This document shows, piece after piece, positions 55,701-63,425 of a stretch of 64,000 bases of DNA. The notes below the pieces were generated by a model, which searched no databases, was not told the DNA's origin, and saw only the letters and a list, made by a program, of their open reading frames with translations. How positions within the stretch are numbered: position 1 is the first letter of the stretch; every line of letters begins with the position of its first letter. Source of the DNA: Longimicrobiales bacterium. GTDB taxonomy: Bacteria > Gemmatimonadota > Gemmatimonadetes > Longimicrobiales > Gaopeijiaceae. Both the position numbers and the translations under genes were made by a program. The stretch is taken from positions 224,001 through 288,000 of the forward strand of contig JAWLHJ010000005.1 of NCBI GenBank assembly GCA_041690395.1, written 5' to 3'.

Positions 55701-55979
55701 CGGCAGGATCCGTCGTCGTCGCGGGCGCTCGGCTGGGATACGCCGGAAGGACGCTCGTCGGCCGGGGATTACTTCACCGCGTCGGCGTTCGGACACACCG
55801 GCTACACCGGGACGTCCCTCTGGATCGACCCGGAGCTCGACCTGTGGGTCGTGCTGCTCACGAACCGCGTGCACCCGACCCGCGGGAACCAGCGCCATGT
55901 ACCACTCCGCCGTGAGCTTCACGACGCCGTCGCCCGCTCCATCACCGATCGGGTGGTCGAGCCGCGGGGTGGACGGTAG
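52779..55979 (+). CDS. GH3 NagZ-like domain fused to a serine beta-lactamase-like (AmiE-like) hydrolase, lipoprotein
   Basis: ASAC lipobox; KHFPGHGDTSVDSH; C-terminal FDLASVSK (SxxK), LLTHRAG, YSD, VHDENA, GHAGLF, FGHTGYTG, LLTNRVHP. Confidence 0.9.
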   Translation: MTAELRRLGSLVTLLVASACGGTGPPSSGSPSPGQAAGVPFAPPPPLRPAGDLDAEASAWVERTLEGLTLERLAAQLVIEWIPGGYAAPSSPDFEPLRSWVGDQGIGGVSPSIGTPHAYAAKLNALQEIADVPLLVASDFENGGPGMRLSGTYALPSLLPQGGGTAFPPTMAFGAVGDESFAFEYGRITAREARAAGVHLLFAPVLDVNSNPDNPVISTRSFGADPHAVARLGAAFIQGAREGGALTTAKHFPGHGDTSVDSHLGLPVIAADRARLDSVELVPFVRAIEEDVDGVMTAHVQLPGILGPGSEPATLAEPLLTGLLREGLGFDGLVLTDALTMRAITDMYGIEEASIRSVEAGADIILAPRAVPEVVAAVVAAVREGRLERARLEASARRVLELKARLGLHRSRTVSLDRVDEVVGIGAHLAFADSVATRSMTLVRDDLGLLPLEAGGSGATGGPIATNAPGVGGGPGAGGGPLAPLVHVRYAPSTWLWAGAAFSPGLRERAPGVVQIALDERSDSAAYAAAAGVLTDAGDGATVLVTAYVPPSAGSGREALPEAFRALLADHADPARTMLVSLGNPYIVSALPDVGTYLVGWGDREVSQRAALAALFGEEAIGGRLPIPLPPAYPIGHGLYRDKVADRVAVRVVDDPLVAAGIAAGGRTGAAGVLTREADPAAVGMDPAVQTRVDAIVHAALADSAASGAAVAVGRHGRLVLLRGYGELAWGSGRPVTATSIFDLASVSKVVGTTTAAMLLVQEGRLDLDERVVSYLPDWAGSDPRKETVTVRQLLTHRAGLVPFRRWFFELEGEDAYRAAVAAEPLETAPGEATVYSDLGPMTLAWIVEEITGQELDAFLRERVWSPLGMNDTMYRPDADLLPRIAATEMDTVWRGELVWGRVHDENADAAGGVAGHAGLFGTALDLSVFARMMLNGGVAPACSPGAVVGEPCPVARPAPVALLDPEIVATFTARQDPSSSRALGWDTPEGRSSAGDYFTASAFGHTGYTGTSLWIDPELDLWVVLLTNRVHPTRGNQRHVPLRRELHDAVARSITDRVVEPRGGR

Positions 55980-55982
55980 GCC

Positions 55983-57413
55983 GTGATCGGCTTCACCGCG
56001 CTCGACGTCGGCGTCCTCGTCGCGTACCTGGCCGGCGTCACCGTCTGGGGCGCCTGGCTCGGGCGCGGACAGACGGGCGGTCGCGACTACTTCCTCGGGA
56101 GCCGGTCTCTCCCCTGGTTCGCGGTCATGCTCTCGGTCGTGGCCACGGAGACCAGCACGCTCACCTTCCTGAGCATCCCCGGAGTGTCGTATACCGGAAG
56201 TCTCGTCTTCCTGCAGCTCACCCTGGGATATCTGTTGGGTCGCCTCGTCGTCGCGGCCGTGCTCCTTCCGGCCTACTACCGGGGAGAGCTCGTCACGGCC
56301 TACGCGCTCCTCGAGACGCGCTTCGGCGTAGGGGCTCGCCGGTTCACATCGGCGATCTTCATGGTGACACGGCTCCTGGCGGATTCCGTCCGCCTGTTCG
56401 CCACGGCGATCCCTTTGGCGCTCATCACCGGGTGGCCGTATCCGGTGTCCATCGCCGTGATCGGCGTCCTCACCGTGGTCTATACCTACTTCGGCGGCAT
56501 CAAGGCGGTCGTCTGGGTCGACGCGGTCCAGATGGGGCTGTACCTGCTCGGCGCGGCGGTCACGCTCTTCGCCGTGCAGCTCCTCGTGCCCGGAGGTTGG
56601 GGCGACGTGTGGGCCAGCGCGTCCGCGGCCGGGAAGCTGCAGGTGGTCGACTTCACCTGGAATCTGAGCACGACGTACACCATCTGGGCGGGTGTGCTGG
56701 GCGGGGGCTTCCTGACCATGGCCTCGCACGGCACCGACCAGCTCATCGTCCAGCGCCTGCTCACCTGCCGCGACCGCGCCTCCGCCCAGAAGGCGCTGGT
56801 CGGGAGCGGCTTCGTGGTCGTCCTGCAGTTTCTGCTGTTCCTTCTGGTCGGCCTGGGCCTCTGGGGCTACTACGGCGGGCGTGACTTCGCGCTCCCGGAC
56901 GAGATCTTCGCCCGCTTCATCGTGGAGGCGCTGCCCCCCGGCCTCACGGGCCTCCTCATCGCCGGCGTCTTCGCTGCGGCCATGAGCTCGCTGTCGTCGT
57001 CCATCAACTCTCTCGCGTCGGCCACCGCGTACGACTACTGGGCCCCCATCGTGGGTGCGTCGGACGACGAGGCGCGGATCTTCCGGGCCGGGCGTGTCTT
57101 CACGCTCGTATGGGCGGCCCTGCTGATCGGCGGCGCGATCCTGTTCATCCCGCTCTCGCAGGGCACGTCGGCCGTCGAGGTCGCCCTGGGGATCGCGTCG
57201 CTGGTCTACGGAGGACTCCTGGGCGTCTTCGCGCTCGGGGTCCTGACCGATCGACCGGGCCAGGGCGCGGCCATCGTCGGCATCGCCGTCGGCATCGGAA
57301 CGGTGACCCTGCTGCGGGCGGAGATGGCGTGGCCCTGGTACGTGCCGTTCGGCAGCCTCGTCACGTTCTCCGTCGGATGGCTGGCGGGATGGGTCTTCCC
57401 GAGGAAGGCCTGA
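55983..57413 (+). CDS. Sodium:solute symporter (SSS) family transporter
   Basis: DYFLGSRSLPW, SVVATETSTLTF, GGIKAVVWVD, ASHGTDQLIVQRLL, AAMSSLSSSINSLA. Confidence 0.93.
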   Translation: MIGFTALDVGVLVAYLAGVTVWGAWLGRGQTGGRDYFLGSRSLPWFAVMLSVVATETSTLTFLSIPGVSYTGSLVFLQLTLGYLLGRLVVAAVLLPAYYRGELVTAYALLETRFGVGARRFTSAIFMVTRLLADSVRLFATAIPLALITGWPYPVSIAVIGVLTVVYTYFGGIKAVVWVDAVQMGLYLLGAAVTLFAVQLLVPGGWGDVWASASAAGKLQVVDFTWNLSTTYTIWAGVLGGGFLTMASHGTDQLIVQRLLTCRDRASAQKALVGSGFVVVLQFLLFLLVGLGLWGYYGGRDFALPDEIFARFIVEALPPGLTGLLIAGVFAAAMSSLSSSINSLASATAYDYWAPIVGASDDEARIFRAGRVFTLVWAALLIGGAILFIPLSQGTSAVEVALGIASLVYGGLLGVFALGVLTDRPGQGAAIVGIAVGIGTVTLLRAEMAWPWYVPFGSLVTFSVGWLAGWVFPRKA

Positions 57414-57414
57414 C

Positions 57415-58332
57415 CTGAGCGGCCACCATGTGGGCGTCGACGCCGGCGGAACCCGGGCGGTCGCCGTCGTGGTCGACGAGGGCGGCCGGGAGCTCGGGCG
57501 GGGCCGGGCGGCGGGAGCCGTGGCTACGGTCACGTCGGTCACGCCCGCCGTGGACGCCGTCGCGGCCGCGGTCCGGGAGGCGCTCGCGGAGGCTGGCGTC
57601 GAGGCTCCGGTGGGGCACCTCTGGGCCGGTCTGGCGGGCGCGGGCCGCGAGCTCGTGCGCGCGGGCGCCGAGGCGGATCTGGCCGCGCTCGGCCTCGCCG
57701 AGCGGGTTCGCGTCGGGACGGACGTCGAGGCCGCGTTCGAGAGCGCCTTCGGGGAGGGACCCGGAATCCTGTTGATTGCCGGTACCGGATCGATCGCCCT
57801 CTGCCGGTCGGCCTCGGGCGAGACCTTCCGCACGGGTGGCTGGGGCGCCCGCCTGGGCGACGAGGGGGGCGGCTACTGGATCGGCATGCACGCCCTGGGT
57901 GCCGTCGCGCGCGCCGAGGACGGCCGGGCCCAGGACACGGCGTTGCGCGACGCGCTGACCCGCCGGCTCGGGCTGACCGACCGGGCCGAGTTGATCGACT
58001 GGGTCGACCGGGCCACCAAGGCCGAGGTCGCCGGGCTCGCCCCGACCGTGCTCGAGGCCGCCGCCGCGGGAGACCCCGTCGCCGCCTCGATCGCGACGGA
58101 TGCGGCGGCCGCCCTGAGGACGCACGTGGTCGCGCTCCTGGAGCGTCTGGAGCGAGCCGGCGTGGAGCCGGACGCGATGAGGTTGGCGCTCTGGGGCGGG
58201 CTGATCGAAACGGGCGGGCCCCTGCGCCCCACGCTCGACCGACTCCTCGCACCGCTGGGACTCACCGTCCACGCGGCCCCGGTCGACCCTCCGCTCGGCG
58301 CGGCCCGGCTCGCGATGCGGTTGACCGGCTGA
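57415..58332 (+). CDS. BadF/BadG/BcrA/BcrD-type ATPase, N-acetylglucosamine/N-acetylmuramic acid kinase-like
   Basis: VGVDAGGT, AGLAG, IAGTGS, GGWG...GDEGGGYWIG; probable CTG start at 57415 after GAGGAAGG (first canonical start is GTG 57430). Confidence 0.85.
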   Translation: MSGHHVGVDAGGTRAVAVVVDEGGRELGRGRAAGAVATVTSVTPAVDAVAAAVREALAEAGVEAPVGHLWAGLAGAGRELVRAGAEADLAALGLAERVRVGTDVEAAFESAFGEGPGILLIAGTGSIALCRSASGETFRTGGWGARLGDEGGGYWIGMHALGAVARAEDGRAQDTALRDALTRRLGLTDRAELIDWVDRATKAEVAGLAPTVLEAAAAGDPVAASIATDAAAALRTHVVALLERLERAGVEPDAMRLALWGGLIETGGPLRPTLDRLLAPLGLTVHAAPVDPPLGAARLAMRLTG

Positions 58333-58445
58333 GTGGTCGTTCCATGCGGCACTCTCGGAGAGAGTGTGGCGTCATTCTGACAGATTCGCCCCGCGCGGGC
58401 CGCCGCAGATCATCCATTTTGACAGCTTCCGGGGGCTCTCCGCGC

Positions 58446-58461
58446 TGGCATGCCCGTTGCA
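58446..58461 (+). promoter_or_regulatory. Sigma-54 (-24/-12) promoter upstream of hsp20
   Basis: TGGCATG-CCCG-TTGCA matches TGGCAC-N5-TTGCW with correct GG-N10-GC spacing. Confidence 0.7.
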
Positions 58462-58557
58462 CTCCTACAGGATGAAATCGAAAGACGCGCAGCCCGGCCG
58501 GCGATCCCGGTGCCGGTGGGGCGCGCGCAGTGAGACATCCAACGTGAGGAGGTCGAA

Positions 58558-59022
58558 ATGGCCCTTACCCGTTACCCGTACAAGACTTCGTCCGTCGATC
58601 CTTGGCGTGACCTCGAGAACATGTCGAGCCGCCTGGCCCGCTTCTTCGACGACAGCCCTCTGCGCACCCAGGACAATGGCGGTAGCGCGTGGCTGCCGGC
58701 CGTCAACGTGGCGGAGACGAAGGAAGGCCTCGTGCTCACGGCCGAGCTTCCGGGCATGAAGGAGGAGGACGTCTCGATCGAGATCGAGAACAACGTGCTC
58801 ACCATCAGCGGCGAGAAGGTCGAGCAGCGCACGGAGGGCGAAGACGAGCGCCGGTACCACGTGTGGGAGCGCAGCTACGGCGCGTTCCAGCGCTCGTTCA
58901 CGCTGCCCCGCACCGTCAAGGCCGACGAGATCACGGCGCGCTTCGACAACGGCGTGCTGACCGTCGATCTGCCGAAGGCGGCCGAGGCGAAGGGTCGCAG
59001 GATCGAGATCGCCAAGGGTTGA
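58558..59022 (+). CDS. Hsp20/alpha-crystallin small heat-shock protein
   Basis: WLPAVNVAET, AELPGM, LTISGEK, ERSYGAFQRSFTLP, NGVLTVDLPK; GAGGAGG SD. Confidence 0.96.
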   Translation: MALTRYPYKTSSVDPWRDLENMSSRLARFFDDSPLRTQDNGGSAWLPAVNVAETKEGLVLTAELPGMKEEDVSIEIENNVLTISGEKVEQRTEGEDERRYHVWERSYGAFQRSFTLPRTVKADEITARFDNGVLTVDLPKAAEAKGRRIEIAKG

Positions 59023-59064
59023 TCCGATGTCGGAGCCGCGTACGGCTCCAGCGACCCACGACCC

Positions 59065-59103
59065 GCGGATCGGAGGGCTCAGCCCTCCGGTCCGCTTTTC
59101 TTT
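59065..59103 (+). terminator. Intrinsic terminator after hsp20
   Basis: GCGGATCGGAGGGC-TCA-GCCCTCCGGTCCGC followed by TTTTCTTT. Confidence 0.85.
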
Positions 59104-59227
59104 GTACGGCCGCGCGAGCTTTCCCATGCTCCGGGTGGGCGGAACGGCCCGACCGCGCTTGCTGGACATACACTCCCCATCGTAGGATGAAGGGTTCCGT
59201 CGTGCCCGTCGAATTCGGAGGCCCACC

Positions 59228-59728
59228 ATGCCCGTCACTTTCACGCTCAACGGCGCGCCCGTCACGGTGGACGCGCCGCCCGAGATGCCTCTCCTCTGGG
59301 TCCTGCGCGATCTCCTGGATCTCAAGGGAACCAAGTTCGGATGCGGGATCTCCGAGTGCGGAGCCTGCACCGTGCACCTGAACGGGCGCACGACGCGGAG
59401 TTGCCAGGTCGCCGTCGACACGCTCGACGAGGGCGACACGGTCGTGACCATCGAGGGGCTCTCGCCCGAAGGTGACCATCCGCTGCAGCGCGTCTGGCGG
59501 GAGCTCGACGTTCCGCAGTGCGGGTACTGCCAGGCCGGCCAGCTCATGGCGGCCGCGGCGCTGCTCGAGCGGATCCCCAACCCGACCGACGACCAGATCG
59601 ACGGCGCCATGGACCGGAATCTCTGCCGGTGCGGCACTTACATCCGGATCCGCGAAGGCATCCACCGGGCCGCGCGCCTGATGGCCGGCACGGCGCAGCC
59701 CGAAGCCGGTGGCGAGGAGGAAGCATGA
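59228..59728 (+). CDS. (2Fe-2S) small subunit, isoquinoline 1-oxidoreductase/xanthine dehydrogenase family (IorA-like)
   Basis: PLLWVLRD, GTKFGCGISECGACTV, PQCGYCQAGQ, NLCRCGTY. Confidence 0.95.
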   Translation: MPVTFTLNGAPVTVDAPPEMPLLWVLRDLLDLKGTKFGCGISECGACTVHLNGRTTRSCQVAVDTLDEGDTVVTIEGLSPEGDHPLQRVWRELDVPQCGYCQAGQLMAAAALLERIPNPTDDQIDGAMDRNLCRCGTYIRIREGIHRAARLMAGTAQPEAGGEEEA

Positions 59729-61908
59729 GCATCACGACGATGAACCGGAGACACTTCCTTCGCCTGAGCGCCGTCGCGGGCGGCGGGCTGCTCGTATCGA
59801 GCTGTTTCGACTGGGTCGGCGGAGACGAGGCGCTCGCGTCGTCGTCCGACAACTTCGTGCCGAACGGGCACGTGAGGATCGACCCGGACGGACGCATCAC
59901 GATCATCTCCCAGAATCCCGAAGTGGGGCAGGGCGTGAAGGCCATGCTCCCCATGCTGATCGCCGACGAGCTCGACGTCGCCTGGGCGGACGTCACCATC
60001 GAGCAGGCCGACCTGAACACGGAGCTCTACTCGCGGCAGTTCGCGGGCGGGAGCACGGCGACCCCGACCCACTGGCTCCCGATGCGACAGGCGGGCGCGG
60101 CGGCCCGGCAGGTCCTCCTCCAGGCCGCGGCCGAGGAGTGGGGCGTCGCCGCCTCCGAGCTCACGACCGAGGAAGGCGTGGTCCACCACCGCTCGAGCGG
60201 GCGGAGCGCCACGTACGGTGAGCTCGCGAACGCGGCCACCGGCATGACGGCTCCGGATCCGGAAACCGTGCCCCTCAAGACCCCGGACCAGTTCCGGATC
60301 ATCGGCACGGACGTGGGGAACGTCGACATCGACGCCATCGTGACGGGCCGGCCGCTGTACGGGATCGACTTCACGCTGCCGGACATGCGGTACGCCGTGT
60401 TCGAGAAGTGCCCGGTGTTCGGTGGGCGCGTAAGGAGCGCAAACCTCGATGAGGTGAGGGCGCAGCCCGGAGTCGAGCAGGCGTTCGTGGTCGATGGTGG
60501 TGACGACCTGAACGGGCTCGTCGGAGGTGTGGCCATCGTCGGAGACAACTGGTGGCTCCTCAACCAGGCCCGCCTGAACGTGCTCCAGGTAGAGTGGGAC
60601 GAGGGCCCCACGGCGAGTCAGAGCAGCGAGAGCTTCGCGGCGACGGCCAGGAACCTCTTCCCGCAGGCGCCGGCCAACGATCTCCGGACCGACGGCAACG
60701 TCATGTCGGGGCTGGCCGGTGCGCCGCACCGCGTCCAGGCCGACTACGACTATCCGTTCCTCTCGCACGCGCCCCTCGAGCCGCAGAACTGCACGGCGCA
60801 CTACCGCGACGGGCACCTGGAGATCTGGGGTCCCACGCAGACGCCCGAGCGCGGACGGTCCATGGTGGCCGAAACGCTTGGAATCAGCGAGGACGACATC
60901 ACCCTCCACATCATGCGGATCGGCGGCGGGTTCGGCCGGCGCCTGAGCAACGACTACCTCATCGAGGCGTCGTGGATCGCGCGTGAGGCGGGCGTTCCCG
61001 TGAAGCTCCTGTGGACGCGCGAGGACGACATGCGTCACGACTTCTACCGGCCGGCCGGCTACCACCGGCTGGAGGGTGGGGTCGACAATTCGGGCCGCCT
61101 GGTCGCGTGGCGGAACCACTTCGTCTCGTTCGGCGAGGGCGAGCGTTTCCAGTCGAGCGCCGGGGTCAGCGAGAACGAGTTCCCGGCCGGCTTCGTGCCG
61201 AATTTCCAGCTCGGCGCGAGCCTCATTCCGTCCGGCGTCCCGACGGGCGCGCTGAGGGCTCCGGGGAGCAACGGGCTCGCTTTCGTCTATCAGTGCTTCG
61301 TCGACGAGCTCGCGCACGCGGCGGGCGTCGATCCGGTCCAGTTCCGGCTGAACATCCTCGACGCGGCCAGTCCCGAGACCACGCTCGACCCGGCGCGTAT
61401 GCGCGCCGTGCTCGAGCGGGTGGCCGAGGTGTCCGGTTGGGGCTCGACCACTCTGCCGCGGGGCACGGGCATGGGCGTGGCGTTCCACTACAGCCACCGC
61501 GGTCACTTCGCCGAGGTCGTCCAGGCGACGGTAACGCGGTCCGGCCAGCTCACGGTCGACAAGGTCTGGGTCGCCGGCGACGTCGGCCGGCACATCATCA
61601 ATCCGATCAACGCCATGAACCAGACCCAGGGCGGCGTCATCGAGGGGATCTCACACGCCCTCGGGCAGGAGATCCGGATCGTGAACGGCCGTGCCGAGCC
61701 GTCGAACTTCGACGAGTATCCGCTCCTGCGCATCGGTGGCGCTCCGGAGGTGGAGGTCCACTTCGTCGAGGCCGACCACGACCCGAGCGGGCTCGGTGAG
61801 CCCATGCTCCCGCCCGTGATCCCCGCGCTCTGCAACGCGATCTTCCAGGCGACCGGGAAGCGGATCCGGTCGCTGCCGCTGTCGAAGCACGATCTGAGCT
61901 GGGCGTGA
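59725..61908 (+). CDS. Molybdopterin-binding large subunit (IorB-like), Tat-exported
   Basis: NRRHFLR Tat motif; EVGQG, GGS, HAPLEPQNC, GGGFGRR, WTREDD, LRAPG, GLGEP; ATGA overlap with the small subunit. Confidence 0.93.
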   Translation: MSITTMNRRHFLRLSAVAGGGLLVSSCFDWVGGDEALASSSDNFVPNGHVRIDPDGRITIISQNPEVGQGVKAMLPMLIADELDVAWADVTIEQADLNTELYSRQFAGGSTATPTHWLPMRQAGAAARQVLLQAAAEEWGVAASELTTEEGVVHHRSSGRSATYGELANAATGMTAPDPETVPLKTPDQFRIIGTDVGNVDIDAIVTGRPLYGIDFTLPDMRYAVFEKCPVFGGRVRSANLDEVRAQPGVEQAFVVDGGDDLNGLVGGVAIVGDNWWLLNQARLNVLQVEWDEGPTASQSSESFAATARNLFPQAPANDLRTDGNVMSGLAGAPHRVQADYDYPFLSHAPLEPQNCTAHYRDGHLEIWGPTQTPERGRSMVAETLGISEDDITLHIMRIGGGFGRRLSNDYLIEASWIAREAGVPVKLLWTREDDMRHDFYRPAGYHRLEGGVDNSGRLVAWRNHFVSFGEGERFQSSAGVSENEFPAGFVPNFQLGASLIPSGVPTGALRAPGSNGLAFVYQCFVDELAHAAGVDPVQFRLNILDAASPETTLDPARMRAVLERVAEVSGWGSTTLPRGTGMGVAFHYSHRGHFAEVVQATVTRSGQLTVDKVWVAGDVGRHIINPINAMNQTQGGVIEGISHALGQEIRIVNGRAEPSNFDEYPLLRIGGAPEVEVHFVEADHDPSGLGEPMLPPVIPALCNAIFQATGKRIRSLPLSKHDLSWA

Positions 61909-61999
61909 CCTGACCGGTGGGCCGGCCTCGGGCTAGTCGCCCGGGGCCGGGTACCGGGCGGGTGGTGAACCGGTGTGTCGGTGGTGCGAGTGGGCCGCC

Positions 62000-62107
62000 A
62001 CGCTGGGCCCGGACGCCACGATGGGACCGGTGCGCGACGCTGGGCCCGGACGCCACGATGGGGCCGGTGCGCGACGCTGGGCCCGGACGCCACGATGGGA
62101 CCGGTGC
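62000..62107. repeat. 37-bp tandem repeat, about 2.9 copies
   Basis: ACGCTGGGCCCGGACGCCACGATGGGACCGGTGCGCG at 62000, 62037 (one substitution) and 62074 (34 nt). Confidence 0.95.
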
Positions 62108-62280
62108 AAACCGCACAGGCGTGCACCCGATCCGCGCCCATGTGTGGATTGTCCCCGCATAGCGGGGTCAACTGCTCATGGAGCGTCCGCCGGGTCCGCC
62201 CTTGTGCGATTGTCCCCGCATAGCGAGGAAAACCCGCATACCAGCAGCGCGGACGTGCAGGATCGTGCAGTTTTCCCCGC
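62108..62280. repeat. Degenerate palindromic repeat/spacer mini-array (REP- or CRISPR-like)
   Basis: Palindromes of about 38 nt at 62141-62178 and 62203-62240 sharing GATTGTCCCCGCATAGCG; half copies at 62108-62117 and 62264-62280; unique spacers of 23, 24 and 23 nt. Confidence 0.7.
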
Positions 62281-62324
62281 CTGCACGCCTGCACGCCTGC
62301 ACGCCTGCACGCCTGCACGCCTGC
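62279..62324. repeat. 8-bp tandem repeat (GCCTGCAC)x5.75
   Basis: Five perfect copies plus GCCTGC. Confidence 0.97.
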
Positions 62325-62354
62325 CGGCCGCCCTCGCGGGCCCGGCCAGCCATC

Positions 62355-63152
62355 TCAGCCGCCCGCGAGCACCTCGTTCAGGCCCGCCAGCAGCTCGGGT
62401 CCGCTGGCGGCCCGCACCGGCCCTTCGGCCAGGCGCGGCGTACCGCCGTCGAGCCCGGTCACGACACCCCCGGCTTCCCGGATCAGAACGACGCCCGCGG
62501 CGAAGTCCCACGGCATGAGGATCTCCTCCCAGAATGCGTCGAGCGATCCCTGCGCCAGGTAGGCGAGGTCGAGCGCGGCCGAGCCGCCCCTCCGGATGCC
62601 GGACGCGGACCGGAGCACGCGCTCGAACTGCCCGAGATAATCCGGGAGAAGCTCGAGCCGCTTGAACGGGAAGCCCGTGCCGATCAACGCGTCGATGAGC
62701 GGTCGCGGCTCGGAGACCCTTACGCGCCGACCGTTCTTGAACGCGCCCTGCCCGCGCTGGGCCCACCACCGCTCTCCGCTCGAGCCGCTCGCCACCACAC
62801 CCGCCTCGGGCTCCCCATCGACCCAGACGGCCACCGAGGCGCAGTACATCGGGTGGCCGTGCAGGAAGTTCGTGGTGCCGTCCAGCGGGTCGACGATCCA
62901 GAGCGGGCGGCCGTCCCAGCGCGCGAGTTGTCGCTCCACCGACTCGTCACTCTCCTCGGCCAGGACCGTGTGGTTCGGGTGCCGCTCGCGGATGACCGCG
63001 AGGGCGGCCTCCTGCGCGTCGAGGTCCGTACGTGACACGTAATCCGCGCGCGCCTTCTCCGTGGCCCCGGCCAGCGTGGCGCCGAAGTCCCGACGGTGGA
63101 TCGCGGTCGCCGCGTCGGCGGCTGCACGCGCTGTATCGAGTAGGCGTGACAT
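62355..63152 (-). CDS. suhB: Inositol monophosphatase family protein (SuhB-like)
   Basis: DYVSRTD, LAEE, WIVDPLDGTTNFLHG, IGTGFPF, RRGGSAALDLA, PWDFAAG. Confidence 0.92.
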   Translation of the reverse strand: MSRLLDTARAAADAATAIHRRDFGATLAGATEKARADYVSRTDLDAQEAALAVIRERHPNHTVLAEESDESVERQLARWDGRPLWIVDPLDGTTNFLHGHPMYCASVAVWVDGEPEAGVVASGSSGERWWAQRGQGAFKNGRRVRVSEPRPLIDALIGTGFPFKRLELLPDYLGQFERVLRSASGIRRGGSAALDLAYLAQGSLDAFWEEILMPWDFAAGVVLIREAGGVVTGLDGGTPRLAEGPVRAASGPELLAGLNEVLAGG

Positions 63153-63365
63153 CGTGGCGGCTCTCGGTGGCGAAGGAACGTTGCGAGGCGACGGGCCCCT
63201 CGATCGGGGAAAGCATGTGCACCGTATCGTGGCAGAGCGCCTACTGGCTGCCTCGATTTGCGGCCTGATGGTCGCAGCGGTCGTCGGCATCGACGCCGAA
63301 GGAGGTCGCTATTGCGTCCGTATGTCTTGTGGCGCCAACGACATGGGTGGGGCCGCATCCGCTCG

Positions 63366-63381
63366 GGGCACGCGCCTTGCC
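63366..63381 (+). promoter_or_regulatory. Possible sigma-54 promoter
   Basis: GGGCACG-CGCC-TTGCC with GG-N10-GC spacing, about 45 nt before the lipoprotein ATG. Confidence 0.4.
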
Positions 63382-63425
63382 CATTGAGACGATCCGCGGG
63401 AAACCATCTTCAAAGGATAATAGTC

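Noticed and set aside
54800..55979. Antibiotic-resistance beta-lactamase
   Set aside because: The SxxK domain is fused to GH3 within a peptidoglycan-salvage cluster, which fits an AmiE-like amidase/esterase better.
58349..58367. CIRCE (HrcA operator) upstream of hsp20
   Set aside because: GCACTC...GAGTG has a 7-nt spacer rather than 9 and lacks the TTA/TAA flanks.
62000..62107. 37-bp repeats as a CRISPR array
   Set aside because: Copies are directly adjacent with no spacers, and no cas genes are present.
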